Positions 30,569 through 45,466 of a DNA stretch of 64,000 nucleotides are shown here, piece by piece. Numbering within the stretch: position 1 is the stretch's first letter; every line of letters begins with the position of its first letter. The notes beneath the pieces are model-generated. The model did no database searches. It worked only from the letters and a program-made list of their open reading frames with translations, and was not told where the DNA came from. Both the position numbers and the translations under genes were made by a program. This DNA comes from Eledone cirrhosa (lineage: Eukaryota): positions 56,544,001-56,608,000 of the forward strand of contig OZ024746.1 of NCBI GenBank assembly GCA_964016885.1. The letters run 5' to 3'.

Positions 30569-31449
30569 ATATATAATGATGATATAATGAGGAAATATTG
30601 TTAACTGTGATATCCCTCCACCCCACAAGAAACAATCATTCGTTATATATATGTATATATGGACACTCGATTATTCCCATTACAGCACCGGTTGAGGGAA
30701 TATTACTGATGAACGATTAACGAATATTGAAACAGCGCTGCTTTGCCGTCTCGACTTATACTGACATTCTTTGACTCGTCCACAGAGCAAAATAGAGAAA
30801 TATATTTTGTTTCGCTAGGAAAACTATATTTGTTCATTGATAGCGAGACAAAAGAGTAGCCGCTTTCTACAATTAGTTATGAGGTAAGTATTGTTCCTCC
30901 ATAAGCGAACCATTGGAAACGAAAGTACTGATCATTGCAAGAATTGCTGTCCCTAACGTAGAATCTGGAATTGTCCTCCACCTAGGAAAAACTGCTTGTA
31001 TATAACACGAAGGATATTTATAGACAAACAAGAGATACAATTCCCCCATCGACATTAGCAGGTCGGCAAAAATCACCGTCTTGGTTAAACTCTGTTATAC
31101 TAGGTAAATATAACCAGGTTTCTCAGGGTTTAACCGTGGTCTATAACGGTATACAGCCTAATTTCACTGCACAGGGTGGCTGCTCATACCATGTTTTGTG
31201 TAGAGAGAATGTATTAATCGTGCAACTGACCAGTCTCGAGTTAACGATATGTATAGCAAATATAGTGTTTCAAAGAATATGTTTAAACATATGAATGTAT
31301 GTATGTACAAATGTATGTTTATGCGTGTCATTGCATATGCATGTGGTTCTGGTGGTACTACCCTCATAGTCTTGTGGAATATTTCTCCTGCTCTAGATCT
31401 GGTTTTATGTAAACTTTACAAATGCCATATACATTCTTGATTTTCACAT

Positions 31450-32720
31450 TTTTGAAAATTATCTAGAAAATTGTTATTAATATTCTGCCTATTTCTCGCA
31501 AAGCATTTGAGGCTTTAAAGAAATCTGAATTGTTTAAGCAACTTATTGCATTGGGTCTTATGTCAGATAAACAGTATGGCTTTCATTTCTCTCGATTAAC
31601 TGCTAGTATCATAACAGTTATCTGTCGTGCTGTAGGTAAGTCACTTAAAGCTAAAACAAGTGATGTAGTTATTTATAAGATTTTTTATAAGACCTGGCAT
31701 GCTGGTCTTCTTCAATCATTGATGGGTTATTGTGTCTTTGGATGGATTTTCAAACTGATTCAGTCTTTCTTATCAAATACGAAATTGAAATTTGTCCTGA
31801 AATATCAGACTTCTAGTTCTTTCCACATTTATCGTGGAGTCACTCAAGGCTATACAGTACTTAATTTTCATCTTCCCGATGACATATTTTCTCAGCTTGG
31901 TATCTGTGCGGATGACACAACTCTCTATACTTGCCTTAAAGGTATGTCTGATATATTTCATTGAGTTGAATTGACAGCTGATTGTGACTATGACATTTAA
32001 TCTTTCTGTCATTGAGTGTGGTAAGAAATGGTTTGTTAACTTTAACGCATCTAATATTAAACTGATAACATTTAATCACTATATAGACCCCCTTTTACCT
32101 TACATTAGTTTCGCTTATTATATCCTCCAAGAGAGTAACTCTATTCGCCATCTTGGTCAAACATTTTCCAATATTTTCAGCTGTAATGATTATATCACAG
32201 TAATTGCCTAGTCTGCAGCAAATAAAGTTGGTTTGCTTTATTGTGTCAAATATTTTTTCATGCCTGAAATTATCTGATATATTTATAAAACTACAATTCG
32301 TTATTGTATTGAAGACTACTACCACATTTGGACTGGTGCTTCTCCTGTCTACCATGAGAGTCTAGATAAGATCCAAAGAAGAATCGTCAACATTATTGGT
32401 CATCATTCATCATGTTAGCTTCAATCACTACCACACCATATAAATGTTACCTCTCTTTCCCTTTTTTTTTATTAATATTTACATGGGTATAGTTCTAATA
32501 ATCTTTTTTAATTACTTAGTATTCACAATTTTAAAAGCAGCAACAGATTAGCGAATGGGTCTCATCCATTAAGAGTTGAAATTTCTAAATGCAATTACAA
32601 ATTATGTCCTAATAGTTTCATTCAACAGACATCTAATCCATGGAAATCTCTTCCAGATTCTTGCATTCCTGAACACTGCAAAAATCAAAAGCAACATCAA
32701 TCGTCATCTTCACACTACTT
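31450..32720 (+). mobile_element. Decayed CR1/Jockey-group LINE, RT and 3' end
   Basis: ORF 31530-31964 has SDKQYGF, WHAGLL, IQSFLSN, GVTQG and ADDT. Continues as KKWFVNFNASNIK in 31984-32211. Stops and frameshifts present. Confidence 0.85.
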
Positions 32721-32894
32721 GTCCTTCTCCCTCTCAGTAAGCCCTTGCATTTTAGTGGATTTTTGCTTTGTTTGGGATGAGCAAAACCAATGTGTTAGAA
32801 ACGCTGTGTATTACAGGAAACGTTAATGCTATAAAGAAAGAAAGAAAAAGATATTTACATGGTTTCCTCCTTTCTCCACAAAAATTACTACTTA

Positions 32895-32921
32895 ATACTA
32901 CTACTGCTACTACTACTACTG

Positions 32922-32980
<59 letters not shown>

Positions 32981-33118
32981 GCTGCTGTTGCTGCTACTAC
33001 TACTACCACTACTACTACAACCGCCACCGACACCAACACCACCAGCACCACCACTACTACTACTACCACCACCACCACTACTACGATAGCTACTACTGCC
33101 ACCACCACCACCACCACC

Positions 33119-33173
<55 letters not shown>

Positions 33174-33215
33174 TTACAACTATTACTACTGCTAATGCTA
33201 CTGCTGCTGCTGCTA
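32895..33215. repeat. Compound (TAC)n/(CAC)n/(TGC)n microsatellite
   Basis: Direct reading. Confidence 0.97.
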
Positions 33216-33625
33216 CAGTTACTGCACATTCTGGTGCGTTTGTACAAATAAGAAGAAAGAAATATTTGACTGAATTTTCCGAAGTTTAAGAATATCTAAG
33301 AAATGTCAAGCGCCTTCAAATAGAACACTGTAACGAAGGAATTATTAAAGTATTGTACTTGATATTCCGCCATACTTTACGGCTACCATGCTATATGTAT
33401 GTATGTGAGTCTATGTATGGAAGGATGTATGTATGGGTGTATGTATGTATGCGATTGTATTTATATATGTATACGACTGCATGTATCTATCTGAGTGTAT
33501 GCATGTATGTATGTATGTATGTGAGTGTATGAATGGAAGGGTGTATGTATGTGTGTGTGTGTGTGTGTATGTGAGTGAATGTATGTATATTGATATGTAT
33601 GTATGTGAGTGTATGTAGGTATATT

Positions 33626-33781
<156 letters not shown>

Positions 33782-33819
33782 CATACATATATATGTATAT
33801 ATATATGTATGTATATATG

Positions 33820-33907
33820 TTGGAGACGCTGAAGATGGCATCGATAATGAGGGACAGAGACCGCTGGAGAGAACTCGTCCATGGATCTCGGGAATTTTAC
33901 CCGTCTT

Positions 33908-33910
<3 letters not shown>
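33820..33910 (+). mobile_element. 3' tip of an RTE-like LINE
   Basis: Translates as ..[15 protein letters not shown], matching the DRxxWRxxV C-terminal motif of RTE ORFs. TA-flanked. Confidence 0.55.
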
Positions 33911-33950
<40 letters not shown>

Positions 33951-34554
33951 GAGAGAGATATCAAGAGCGATAGAAGTGTTAGCGAAATGTATATAGTCAG
34001 ACATGATAGGTGAAATATAAATTTATGAAAGTTATAAACGACTTCAATAAACTAATGTAACGCGTCTAGTTTGCCGAAAATACTCCCTATGAGGCTAACT
34101 GAATTCTTAAAATGAGCAACAAGCGAGATATCTCTAATAAGATTAGTGGGGCATATATGAAAGAAAGAGGTAGTGTGCGCAAGGTGACTGAGTACAAACA
34201 GTAATAAAATGTTAATGAAGTCAGTACAATGTACTTTCACCACAAAAATAATCTCTACTCAAGGGAAGACAGGAGGAATTTTGTTTCATTTTTACCTCTT
34301 TATGTTACACTCTGTTCATATGTTTGTGTCTGTATGTATGTGGGGTTTTTTGGTAGATGTCTGTTGGGGCACGTGATGTTTATAACGTTCTTAAGAATGT
34401 TCACCCGGGCATATACACACACACACACACACACGTATCAATTAAATCTATCCCCTCTCTCTCTCTTTCTCTTTCTCTCTCTCTCTCTTTCGTATATGTA
34501 TATATATATATAACATGTGTGTGTGTCTGTGTGTTTGTGTGTTTGTGTGTGTGC

Positions 34555-34599
<45 letters not shown>

Positions 34600-34837
34600 T
34601 ATGTGTGCGTGTGCGCGTGCGTGTATATATATATATATCGGGCACGTGAGTGTTAGAGGTGGAATGTAATGTTATTCGCACTATTAATCTGTCTTACACG
34701 GTACATTATTTTCTATATTCCGGTATTTATCTCAGGCATCATAAGACTGCTTTTTTTTATAGTTATTCATCCTTTTCTCCCTGCCCATACACTCAAAAAT
34801 AGACGTACACACAAATACAATTATAACGAATATACAT

Positions 34838-34874
<37 letters not shown>

Positions 34875-34990
34875 GAATATATATATATATATATATATAC
34901 GTATATATGAAAAAATATGCTTACACGCACTACCAGAATAACGAGAATTGTTATGCACATGAGCACAGCCCTCAAAATTATATTCACATA

Positions 34991-35043
<53 letters not shown>

Positions 35044-35561
35044 AAGTAAGACCCCGACGGCTCAGCTCAAGCTGTTTCGACGGCTAATTCTGGACGGGTG
35101 TTACTTGTTCCTATTACCCACTCTACTACCCTAAGTATTGAGTACTTTGGTGCGTTATGGTCCACCTGGTTCCTTACCACATTTCCTTCGTTATGTATAT
35201 ATATATATATGTGTGTGTGGGGGGTTATGTGTGTGTGTGTGTGTGTGTGCGTGTGCGTGTATTTATGTGTGTGTGTGTGTGTATGTGTGTGTGTGTGTGC
35301 GTATCTGTGCATGTGTGTGCATATGTGTGTTCGTACTTATAAACACACACACACACACACACATATATATATTTACTGATTATTTATTTTGTTAAATAAA
35401 AATACATAAACCCTTCTACTGTTAACTGAATCAGCCCTTAATATGTGTGGCCTGAATTTAAGATATATTTTCTAAAGTAAACTTTTTGCAATGACTTCGA
35501 AATTTCAGTACCACTACTGAGTTCAATAAAAAGCGACATTCCCTGAAAAATCTCATTATTT

Positions 35562-35940
35562 AGGTGGATTGGCAGTATCGGTAGAGGGTCGGACGCCATG
35601 CTTTGCAACATAGATTTACGGTCTTTTATGATCTGAGTTCAAATCCCGCCGAGGTTAACTTTACCTTTCATCCTTACGGGGTGGATACAATGAAGTACCA
35701 GTAATACACTGGGGTCGATTTAATCGACAATCCCTCCCGCAAAATTGCTGGCCTTGTGCCTATATAAGAAACCATTATTTAGGTGGATTGGCAGTATCGG
35801 TAGAGGGTCAGACGTTATGGTCTGAGTTAAAATACCGCCTTGGATAACTTTGCCTTTCATCTTTACCGGGTCGATAAAATAAAGTACCAGTAATGTACTG
35901 GGTAATTGCTGGCCTCGTGCCAAAATTAAGAACAATTATT
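35562..35940 (+). mobile_element. Two tandem MetaSINE-like copies
   Basis: Heads at 35562 and 35781. Confidence 0.87.
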
Positions 35941-36346
35941 TAGAATAACTTGATATACAAATACAGGCAGTTAGCCACGCACAACACAATCTTACATACA
36001 CTCGGTCAAACACACATAAGTATAAAGTATAAGTGTGTATGCCGACACATTAATAATTACAGCAGAGAAGCAGAGAATGCGAGATAATTTACATTATGAT
36101 TCCATGACCGCCCTTAAAATAACTTTACACAGCAGACATCCTTCTTATCACCAATGCTGTGACATATAAACCTCGTGTAACAGATGTACCCTTCTGATAT
36201 AGTTAAGTTTAGTATATGTCTGCGCGTGTAACCGGCTGTGTCTTTGTCTGTATTCTAGTAAATTATACACATACACGTACAGGAACACCCACAGATACAC
36301 AGAGAAAGAAAGAAGCGCATCATAAGCTCTTGGATATATATATATG

Positions 36347-36378
<32 letters not shown>

Positions 36379-36437
36379 AGTAAGTAAGTTAATTTTTTAG
36401 AAACAAATTTCTTTAAAGAAATTTTCTTATTTTACGT

Positions 36438-36530
<93 letters not shown>

Positions 36531-36589
36531 CAAGGCTCTGATACCATCAACACTATACACGCAGAGCTGGCATATCTAAGAGCTGATAT

Positions 36590-36643
36590 CTGCCTGATGA
36601 GGTCATAGCCATTCAATGGCTGTCATCGAGATATATATAGCAG
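36590..36643 (+). ncRNA. Probably inactivated type I hammerhead
   Basis: CUGC-CUGAUGA-stem II (UAGCCAU/AUGGCUG)-GAGA instead of GAAA-UAUAUAUA|GCAG. Confidence 0.6.
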
Positions 36644-36685
36644 TAAATAAAGGATTATCAGTTCATGAAACTGACTTATGTTTCG

Positions 36686-36773
<88 letters not shown>

Positions 36774-36850
36774 CACTAACATATACCTATATAAATATAT
36801 ATATATATATACACACACCCACACATATATATGTGTTAGTGTGTGTGTGC

Positions 36851-36933
<83 letters not shown>

Positions 36934-37265
36934 TATATATATTCATCAGTTAAGCAAAACAAGACCACACATTTCACAAGGAAGATATTATTAAAAGATT
37001 GTCAACATATTTAGTTTGATGTAAGGAATGTAGAGAATAATAATAATAATAATATTAATAATAATAATGCCCGTTTACAATTGTTTCGCTACTCCGTATA
37101 ATATTTCTGGATCAGATGACTATGTATCTTAATTGATCTAGTTCAGTTGAAGATAATTAACATATTTAAAAAAACAGAGTGGCTCATCGGAACTGAAACG
37201 AATAAAAATTAAAATAATGTTACATAATATAATGTTCCATATATTAAGATTGGTTACTCTTGAAC

Positions 37266-37296
<31 letters not shown>

Positions 37297-37509
37297 TTCG
37301 TTTCTAAATTTGTTTAGCAAGATTCTTTATCTGAAAAGGTGTGTTGAAACCGATATTGTTATACTTTGGGAGGGTCATGTTGCCAATAAGAAACACACTC
37401 GTCAGTTGCTTTCACTTCAATTTATTATAATAAATTTATAAATTTAGGAATTTACAAATTTCCGGTTGGTTGGTTGGTTGGTTCCACAAACAGATGATTG
37501 TTCATATAT

Positions 37510-37554
37510 TGTCAAAGTTCTTTCATCACACATTATGTGACCTCTTCAGTGACT
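37510..37554 (-). ncRNA. Type I hammerhead in insert 37297-37950 (inversion 37785-37950)
   Basis: Minus strand: GUCA-CUGAAGA-G-GUCACAU/GUGUGAU-GAAA-GAA-CUU|UGAC. The same family end recurs at 1222-1377 and 23896-23960. Confidence 0.72.
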
Positions 37555-37984
37555 GGGGATTCTTTTCTTTATTTTTGAGCCTCTCCTTTGTTCTGTCCTA
37601 CGCCATCTTGTTTTTGTGTGTGTTGTGTGCTTAGTTTGCGCATGTGTAACATCCGGGTGTTTGTGTGTGTTTATATTTGTTTATTTATTTGTATATTGTT
37701 GGTTGTTTGTTCTATGTGCGTGTGTGTTTTCATTTTGTCCTTAATTGTAAGTTGTGATGTTGCTGTTCCATTCTTGTCTTCCAGAATGTGTGACGAAAGA
37801 ACTTTGACAATATATAAACAATCATATGGTTGTGGAACCAACCAACCAACAGGAAATTTGTAAATTCCTAAATTTATAAATTTATTATAATAAATTAAAG
37901 TGAATGCATTTGGTCCGTGTGTTTCTTATTGGCAACATGACCGTCCCAAAAAATAAGAATATATATATATTTATTATGGTATAC

Positions 37985-38038
<54 letters not shown>

Positions 38039-38135
38039 ACATTTTTCAAGAACAGCTAATCACACACACACACATAGGTATATATATATACAAATATATA
38101 TATATATTTCAAGAACAACTACTCACTCACACACG

Positions 38136-38210
<75 letters not shown>

Positions 38211-38693
38211 GTGTGTGTGTGTGTGACATAAATACCACCGTATAGAAGAATGTATTTCTTCTATCACACTCCCCTTTGATCAAGCTATTGCCGATGACAA
38301 TAATAAACAAGATAACGGAAATAAAGATATTACGACACGCCTAACTTGTTAAAGAATAAAAAGAAAAACGCTCGAAGACTTTTTTTTTCATATAGACGCC
38401 ATCTTAGGCTTGTATCCAAAGCAACTGGGTGAGTAGCGGTATTTGTGTGATTCATTGAGAAGGCATATATATATTTGTGTGTGTGTATGTATGTGTGGGC
38501 AGCAGTGATGTTGGTTGTGCGTGCGTATAGGTTTGCATTTGATTTTTTTATTTCATACAAATTCAAGTTTATGATTGCTACAGTTAAAACATGTATCTAA
38601 TAGAAAAGAGATAAAAAGTAATAACTGTGTATATACAAATGTGCAGCTATATATATGTATATATTTATGCAGAGAGAAAGTGAGCGAGAGATA

Positions 38694-38752
<59 letters not shown>

Positions 38753-38967
38753 TGAGAGAGAGATGTGTATATTTATATGCATATATATATATGTGTGTGT
38801 GTTCGTGATTATGTGTGTGTGTTGGCATATATATATATATATATATATCTGTATGTAGATGGACCAGAGAAAAGAATACCCAATACCTAAGTGGAATTTA
38901 AATATAATTTTATCCAGGCTAAGTAGTGAGTTTGTGTGTGCTCAGGTGAAACTCCTTAGACATAAAA

Positions 38968-39049
<82 letters not shown>

Positions 39050-39057
39050 ATGCGTGG

Positions 39058-39107
<50 letters not shown>

Positions 39108-39589
39108 AATAGAAATGTCAGAGGTAGTGAGAATCAATACCTCGATATACAGTAAGATAGATATAGCTATATTGACGTGTATGTGTCATTATCATTATGA
39201 GTGTACTTAGATACTACTGAGTTTGTGGATGTTTGATGTCACATGACTGTACGTAAGTATGTGATTATATGTGTGCGACATTCTGAAATGACAGAAAAGA
39301 TGCGTACTTAATGGATTACACACATGCACTGTATTCAAAAATAGATATTCTCTTGTAACATAGATTAATGCTGTCGCTCTAGCTTATCAATATTAAGTGA
39401 ACTTACTCACCTTCCGAAAGCATGAAAGTACTTGTTCAATTAACATTTGACATTTAATATTCTACAACCCCATTTCATTATAGTATCATGATAATTTTAA
39501 AGGATTGTAAATTAAACGAGTAAATCAAACAAAGTTGGAATTCCTTTTATTAATATAATCTTCTATACACAATCATACACAGCCGTGTA

Positions 39590-39614
<25 letters not shown>

Positions 39615-39622
<8 letters not shown>

Positions 39623-39796
39623 GTATGACCCCGACGGCAGAGCTCAAGCAGTTTCGACGGCTATTTCTGGCCTGAAATAGCCGTCGAAACAGCTTGAACT
39701 CTGCTGTCGGGGTCATACCTGTTCCTATTACCCACTCTACTTAAGTACTTTGGTGCGTTATGGTCCATCTGGTTCCTTACCACATTTCCTTCGTTA
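39615..39796 (+). mobile_element. TA-inserted short repeat with 5' inversion; copies at 35041-35193, 63361-63475, 57415-57465
   Basis: Shared TGTTCCTATTACCCACTCTAC..TTGGTGCGTTATGGTCCA..CCTTCGTTA end and an inverted AACAAGTATGACCCCGACGG head. The copy begins with a hairpin followed by GAAAC, like the 3' half of an HHR. Confidence 0.7.
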
Positions 39797-39948
39797 TATA
39801 TATATATTAGAAAGTGAGGTTTTTTTTTATAAAATGAAAAATAACCCAGGTGTCCTACACGAGTGGAAGTATAAAGAAAAGGAGATGAAATCGAAAATGC
39901 AACTGAAGTCTTATTTTTTTTTTTTTTAAATATATATATTTATTTGGT

Positions 39949-39988
39949 TCCTTTACCGGTTTCGCAGTTCTTCTGCTTTTCAAAAGGA
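39949..39988 (-). ncRNA. Minimal type I hammerhead with U3-A8 core; degenerate copy at 19492-19530
   Basis: Minus strand: UCCUU-UUGAAAA-GCAG(aagaa)CUGC-GAAA-CCG-GUA|AAGGA. Confidence 0.82.
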
Positions 39989-40106
39989 GAGTTGAGATGG
40001 AGGGTCTGTGGTTTTTCTCTTAAAAAACACTTGTGTATAGTGCAGATATGTTGATTTAAAACTGCACTATTCACAAGTGTTTTTTAACTTTCATATAATG
40101 TCTTCC

Positions 40107-40177
40107 TATTTTATCTGATGAAAACACAAATATTATTACATGATGATATTGGTTTTTGAAATGCGCATAATAAAATA
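40107..40177 (+). ncRNA. Type I hammerhead ribozyme, family A-like
   Basis: UAUUUUAU-CUGAUGA-stem II-GAAA-UGCGCA-UA|AUAAAAUA, perfect 8-bp stem I. Preceded by a fold-back at 40020-40087. Confidence 0.8.
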
Positions 40178-40207
40178 CATGGAACTCTTTTAACCATCTT
40201 TTGTTCT

Positions 40208-40260
<53 letters not shown>

Positions 40261-40364
40261 AACGGAAAAAATGAAACGAAATTTCATTTCCCACTCTTAG
40301 TACGGCTGTTACTTAAATATAAGTATGTATACGTACATACATATATGTATACAGACGTACAGTA

Positions 40365-40410
<46 letters not shown>

Positions 40411-40546
40411 GCACATATATATATGTGTACGTATGGATTCACCAAACATTTATTATAATGTTCGGTGTGTTTGTAAACAAAGATCCCGTATTAAGACGTA
40501 GTGTCTAGCAACCACCGTTGCTCGTTTGTTCAACACTGACAAAGAA

Positions 40547-40589
40547 ACGCTTTACTAGTTTCAAGCTTGTTAGCTATCCTCAGCAACGT
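40547..40589 (-). ncRNA. Minimal type I hammerhead
   Basis: Minus strand: ACGUUG-CUGAGGA-UAGCU(aaca)AGCUU-GAAA-CUA-GUA|AAGCGU. Palindromic stem III ACUAGU; mismatch at the base of stem I. Confidence 0.68.
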
Positions 40590-40676
40590 ATACCTTCCTG
40601 CCAGATAGTTGAACGTCCGAAAGTATATACTTTCGTTATGCATATTAACGGCTGAGTAGCCTAATTTGCTTATATA

Positions 40677-40775
<99 letters not shown>

Positions 40776-40932
40776 TTATATGTATTTATATATATATATA
40801 TGTATTTATATATATATATATGTATTTATATATATACATATGTATTTATATATATATATATGTATTTATATATATATGTATTTATATGTATGTATATATA
40901 TATATGTATTTATATATATATGTATTTATATG

Positions 40933-40988
<56 letters not shown>

Positions 40989-41165
40989 CTTATATACATA
41001 CACACACATATATATATATTTTAAATAGTTAAACAAGATTCAATGAGTATGTCAAAGAATGAGTTTTACAGTAGATTGGAAGCACTCTACTGGATAAATA
41101 ATTTTCCAGAGTTATTAATATTAAAATACAAATATTAATATAATAGATGTTCTTTTGATCAATTA

Positions 41166-41220
41166 CATTTAATTATACATATTTCGGATGTACAACTCTA
41201 CGTGCTCATCAGACAACATA
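41166..41220 (-). ncRNA. Degenerate type I hammerhead, family A-like
   Basis: Minus strand: UAUGUUGU-CUGAUGA-GCACGUA..UACAUCC-GAAA-UAUGUAUA. Stems I and II are imperfect. Confidence 0.55.
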
Positions 41221-42461
41221 TAATGATACATGACATACCCTGAGATGTTAAATGGTTAAGATTTAATCAAGGTAAAGATTAACCCAAGAAAAATTTAACA
41301 TTTATACCCTAATAATGAGAAAATGCGAAAACGTAATAAATTCAACAGAGAAAGTGCGAGTAAGAAAATCGTTGCTTAATGTAACAGTTATATAGATATT
41401 AAAATGTATGATACTATAATTGTTGAATAAAGGGGGGTAATAAGCTGAAGGAGATTTATTTTTGCCGAAAGTTAAACGGTTAATTTTGAAAATATTTAAT
41501 CTGTGGTTTATAGGGTGAATGTTCGAGATTTTGGTTAAAAAAAGACATTTAAAAAAAATGCTTGTTATTTATATATTATTTATATATTAGATTTATAAAT
41601 TCTAAAAGTGTGTTAACATTTCAAAGCTTCTGAATTTCATGTGGGTAACATTTATAGGGTTTAGCTGGCCAACAGGAGTGAAAGTTTATACTGTTGATTA
41701 ATTTCCTAAATGTAAACTTTAACGGAGATACTGAGCTTATTAGGTATGTAAATCTTGTGAATTACTTATTGTTAGAAATATTTAAATAATGATTGTGTAT
41801 ATATATATATATTAATGAGCCAATATATTTTAGGTAGATGATAACAAAATAATAGATTGATGCATGTTAAGATTAAATATACACCTATATATAACAGGGT
41901 GTAAATGCATTAATTATTCTTAGTTCAGAGTAAACGTAATCAAGAAATTTAGAAGTTAACTAAAAATTTAGAAGTTAACTAAAAATTATATATAGTAATA
42001 TATAGGGAGGTATATATAGATATGTATTACGTATTAATGGTACAGTATACTTAAGGTAGATGATAAGTGTTACAATTTTATATAATAAAGTTCTACGTGT
42101 TACAGTTAAATACATATATGTATATAAGAGAAAGAATAATAAAAGAAATTCATGGATAATTCAGAGTTCAAGATAATGTCTATAATTTATAGTATGGATA
42201 TTTGCTCTATATTTGAATCATGGATATATAAATGCAGTAGGTATATTAAAAAAAATATAGAAAATATAATTACGTACATATTATAATGTATTATAAATAA
42301 GAGATCAAAAACGCGTTAAAAAATTCTCAGTTATAAATAAGATCCGTAAAAATTTATGGCTTGGATATTAAACTAAAATTTAAAACTTAGAAGGGAGATA
42401 GAGTGATAAAGAAATAAAGAAATAAGGAAATAATGGTATTGATCAAAGTTAGTAAAATAAT

Positions 42462-42647
42462 TGTTTCTACTTTAGGCACACGGCCAGCAATTACCCAGTG
42501 CATTACTGGTACTTTATTTTATCGACCTCGTAAGGATGAAAGGCTAAGTCAACCTCGGCGGGATTTGAACTCAGATCGTAAAGGGACGTAACTATGCTGG
42601 AAAGCATGGTGTCCGACTCGCTACCGATACTGCCAATCTACCGCCCT
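42462..42647 (-). mobile_element. tRNA-derived MetaSINE-like element, full length, with 17-bp target site duplication
   Basis: A box TGGCAGTATCGG, B box GAGTTCAAATCCC, central GCCTTTCATCCTTACG.GGTCGATAAAATAAAGTACCAG. TSD AAAGTTAGTAAAATAAT at 42445-42461 and 42648-42664. Confidence 0.9.
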
Positions 42648-42810
42648 AAAGTTAGTAAAATAATGTTATGTGTGTAAATGTTCAGTATGTTTAACAACAA
42701 ATAACGCTTGAATGAAAGACACTTTTTCAATAACATGCTGAACATTTACACACATAAATAAACCTTATCGAGCCCTCTTCGGATTTTAGTCCTCCTATTT
42801 ACTATTACTG

Positions 42811-42873
<63 letters not shown>

Positions 42874-43051
42874 GGGTGTGTATCAACAATATTAATAAAT
42901 GGAAACTCTCTTTATAAAAGCATATTTATTTTATTATAGATATTTCAAGGGTACCAACATTTTGGCACGCACCCTACAGATAAAATACAAAAGTTGTTTT
43001 ACAGACACTGACATATAAAAAAACGAGAACTTGTCGTTTTAAGTTTTCTTT

Positions 43052-43129
<78 letters not shown>

Positions 43130-43136
43130 TTATATA

Positions 43137-44840
43137 TATGAAAATCTGCAATTACACAATAATCATTTCCATGGCAGGCTTACCTTATGAGGCCATGGCA
43201 AAAGACAATCGGTGACGTTTGTTGATTTAATGTACCTCAAAGATTTAAATGATTCATTTCACCAATCCCTATTGGGTTACAGCAAAATATGAACAACGTA
43301 TAGATACGAAGTCGACCCGACGTACGCTATCAGCTCTGCGCCAGTCGGCCATCGTATACCAGACAGTCGACAATGCTATGCCTTGTCGTCTATTAGCTGC
43401 GACTATCGGTGGGGTTGTACTTCACAGCAACACATTCCTACCCTGGGCTCATATGTAGCGCTAACAACCACTCAAAACAATTAGTTTAATGTCTTCAACT
43501 TTGGGAGCGCCATTATGCACCGGTAGTAGCGCTGATATTTTGTATATATATATATATACATATACCCATGTCCAAATCCTGGGTCCTCCACTCCAGTTGG
43601 AGATGAGCCCTCTCCCCTCGTTAAACCTCCACCGTTTGTTTGGTCCTGGTCCTGTCAGATGTTTAACCAAACTCACTACGCTTGGCCAAGTGCGGGTTGG
43701 TGATGTTATCTCAGCCATAGTTGGATGGATAGCAGTTGAATCTGAGGAGTTCAACCACCCATTAATAGCCCTTCATTTTTGTTGTTTGCTTTTTGTGCTG
43801 CTGGCATTCGACGTATCTGTCTCACCAAATAAGACAGTGGTGCGGGGACAAGTTTAATCGTCGTCTACTCACGCATGAAGCAGGTTGTCCTTGGTTACAT
43901 GGTGCCAGTAGCAGACAGAAGACTGACTTAGTCAAAGTTTACTGTGGAATGGCTGAGGGAGAATGAGCGTTCTGTTATCAATATAGGTGAATGCTTATTA
44001 ATGTCTGCTCGACACAGTGATCGCTACCTTAGACTAAAAATAACCCTAATATTTTATTACATCCTACTTGTGACTGTTTACGATAAGGCGAGTGAATCAT
44101 ATGACTGACGTTAAAACAGTGCTCAATTTGGTGTGAGAGCTGATAGATTAAATCATTTATGTCCATACACAGACCAAAAAACGCTAGCTTAGATTTAAGT
44201 GTCCAATTATGGCCATCTCTTCAGATTGTGCACGAAAGGGAAGAATGGATGAACGAGCAATAAAATTCGAGACCTATTCATACGTTTGTAACACCGTACA
44301 AAGTATAGATGTATGTATTAATATGTATGTATTTTCGCTCTACAGTCATATCATGTTTCGTTATAGAGGCATATACAATAGTTTACCGATAATAAAGATG
44401 TGTAGCTATGAATATTTTAAGCTCTGGTCATGTCAGCTTTGATCACGCAAAATATCAGCGCTACTACCGGAGCATAATGGCGCTCCCAAAGTTGAAGACA
44501 TTAAACTAATTATTTTGAGTGGTTGTTAGCGCCAGGGTAGGAATGTGTTTCTGTGAAATACAACCCCACCGATAGTTACAGCTAATAGACGACAAGGCAT
44601 AGCATTGTCGACTGTCTGGTATACGGTGGCCGACTGGTGTAGAGCTCATATCGCACGTCGGGTCGACTTCGTATCTATACGTTGTTCATAGTTTGCTGTA
44701 ACCCAACAGGGATTGGTGAAATGAATCATTTAAATATTTGAGGTACATGAAATCTACAACGTCACCAATTGTCTTTTGTCATGGCCTCATAAGGGAAGCC
44801 TGACATGGAAATGCGTATTGTGTAATTGCAGATGTTCATA
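43137..44840. repeat. Inverted repeat with about 400-bp arms (43137-43542 / 44448-44840) and about 900-bp spacer
   Basis: The arms are diverged reverse complements, TA-flanked. No HHR found. Confidence 0.8.
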
Positions 44841-44964
44841 TATATATATATAAAGAATTAGTATATCTACCAACATATATATACAGATGCATACCTATGC
44901 TAGCAAATATATAGGTTTTGTCTTAGTAACTTGTGGTTCAATGCAAGGGGATGCAGAACAATTA

Positions 44965-45406
44965 TATGAAAGACGTAAAATAGGAAAATTATAAAAATTA
45001 ACTTACTTACTAAAATTTCACTCCAACTAATTAGTTTCTGAAAGGGAATAAACATGGTTTCCGAATGGAACGCATGGAGAAAATCTTTCGTCATCAGGAA
45101 GTCACTGATTAACCTCGATGTCACGTGATTGATTATTTTGAATTTGCCACCGACCAAGTAGGCAGTGATTTTTTCAATGTCTTGGAATTTAGTGCACGCT
45201 TGCTTTTTTCCATCCAATGAATTATTTTTGTATAAGTTCCCTGTATCCACGCATCGCCTGGGAACTTAGCTGAGAACAGACTTCCTGATGACGAAAGATT
45301 ATCTCCATGCGTTCCATTCGGAAATCATGTTTATTCCCTTTCAGAAACTAATTAGTTGGAGTGAAATTTTAGTAAGTTAATTTTTATAATTTTCTTATTT
45401 TACGTC

Positions 45407-45412
<6 letters not shown>
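44965..45412 (+). mobile_element. TA-inserted repeat family B with 5' inversion; other copies at 2068-2468, 1498-1544, 36378-36440
   Basis: 44965-45103 is an inverted copy of 45279-45412. Homologous to 2181-2468. Contains CTGATGA..GAAA but no clear stem I. Confidence 0.75.

Positions 45413-45466
<54 letters not shown>

Noticed and set aside
30818-30890. Possible small exon ending in GAG|GTAAGT
   Set aside because: Single splice-like site, no recognisable peptide, no partner exons.
45279-45340. Canonical type I hammerhead in family B
   Set aside because: Both core boxes are present but no stem I complement was found.
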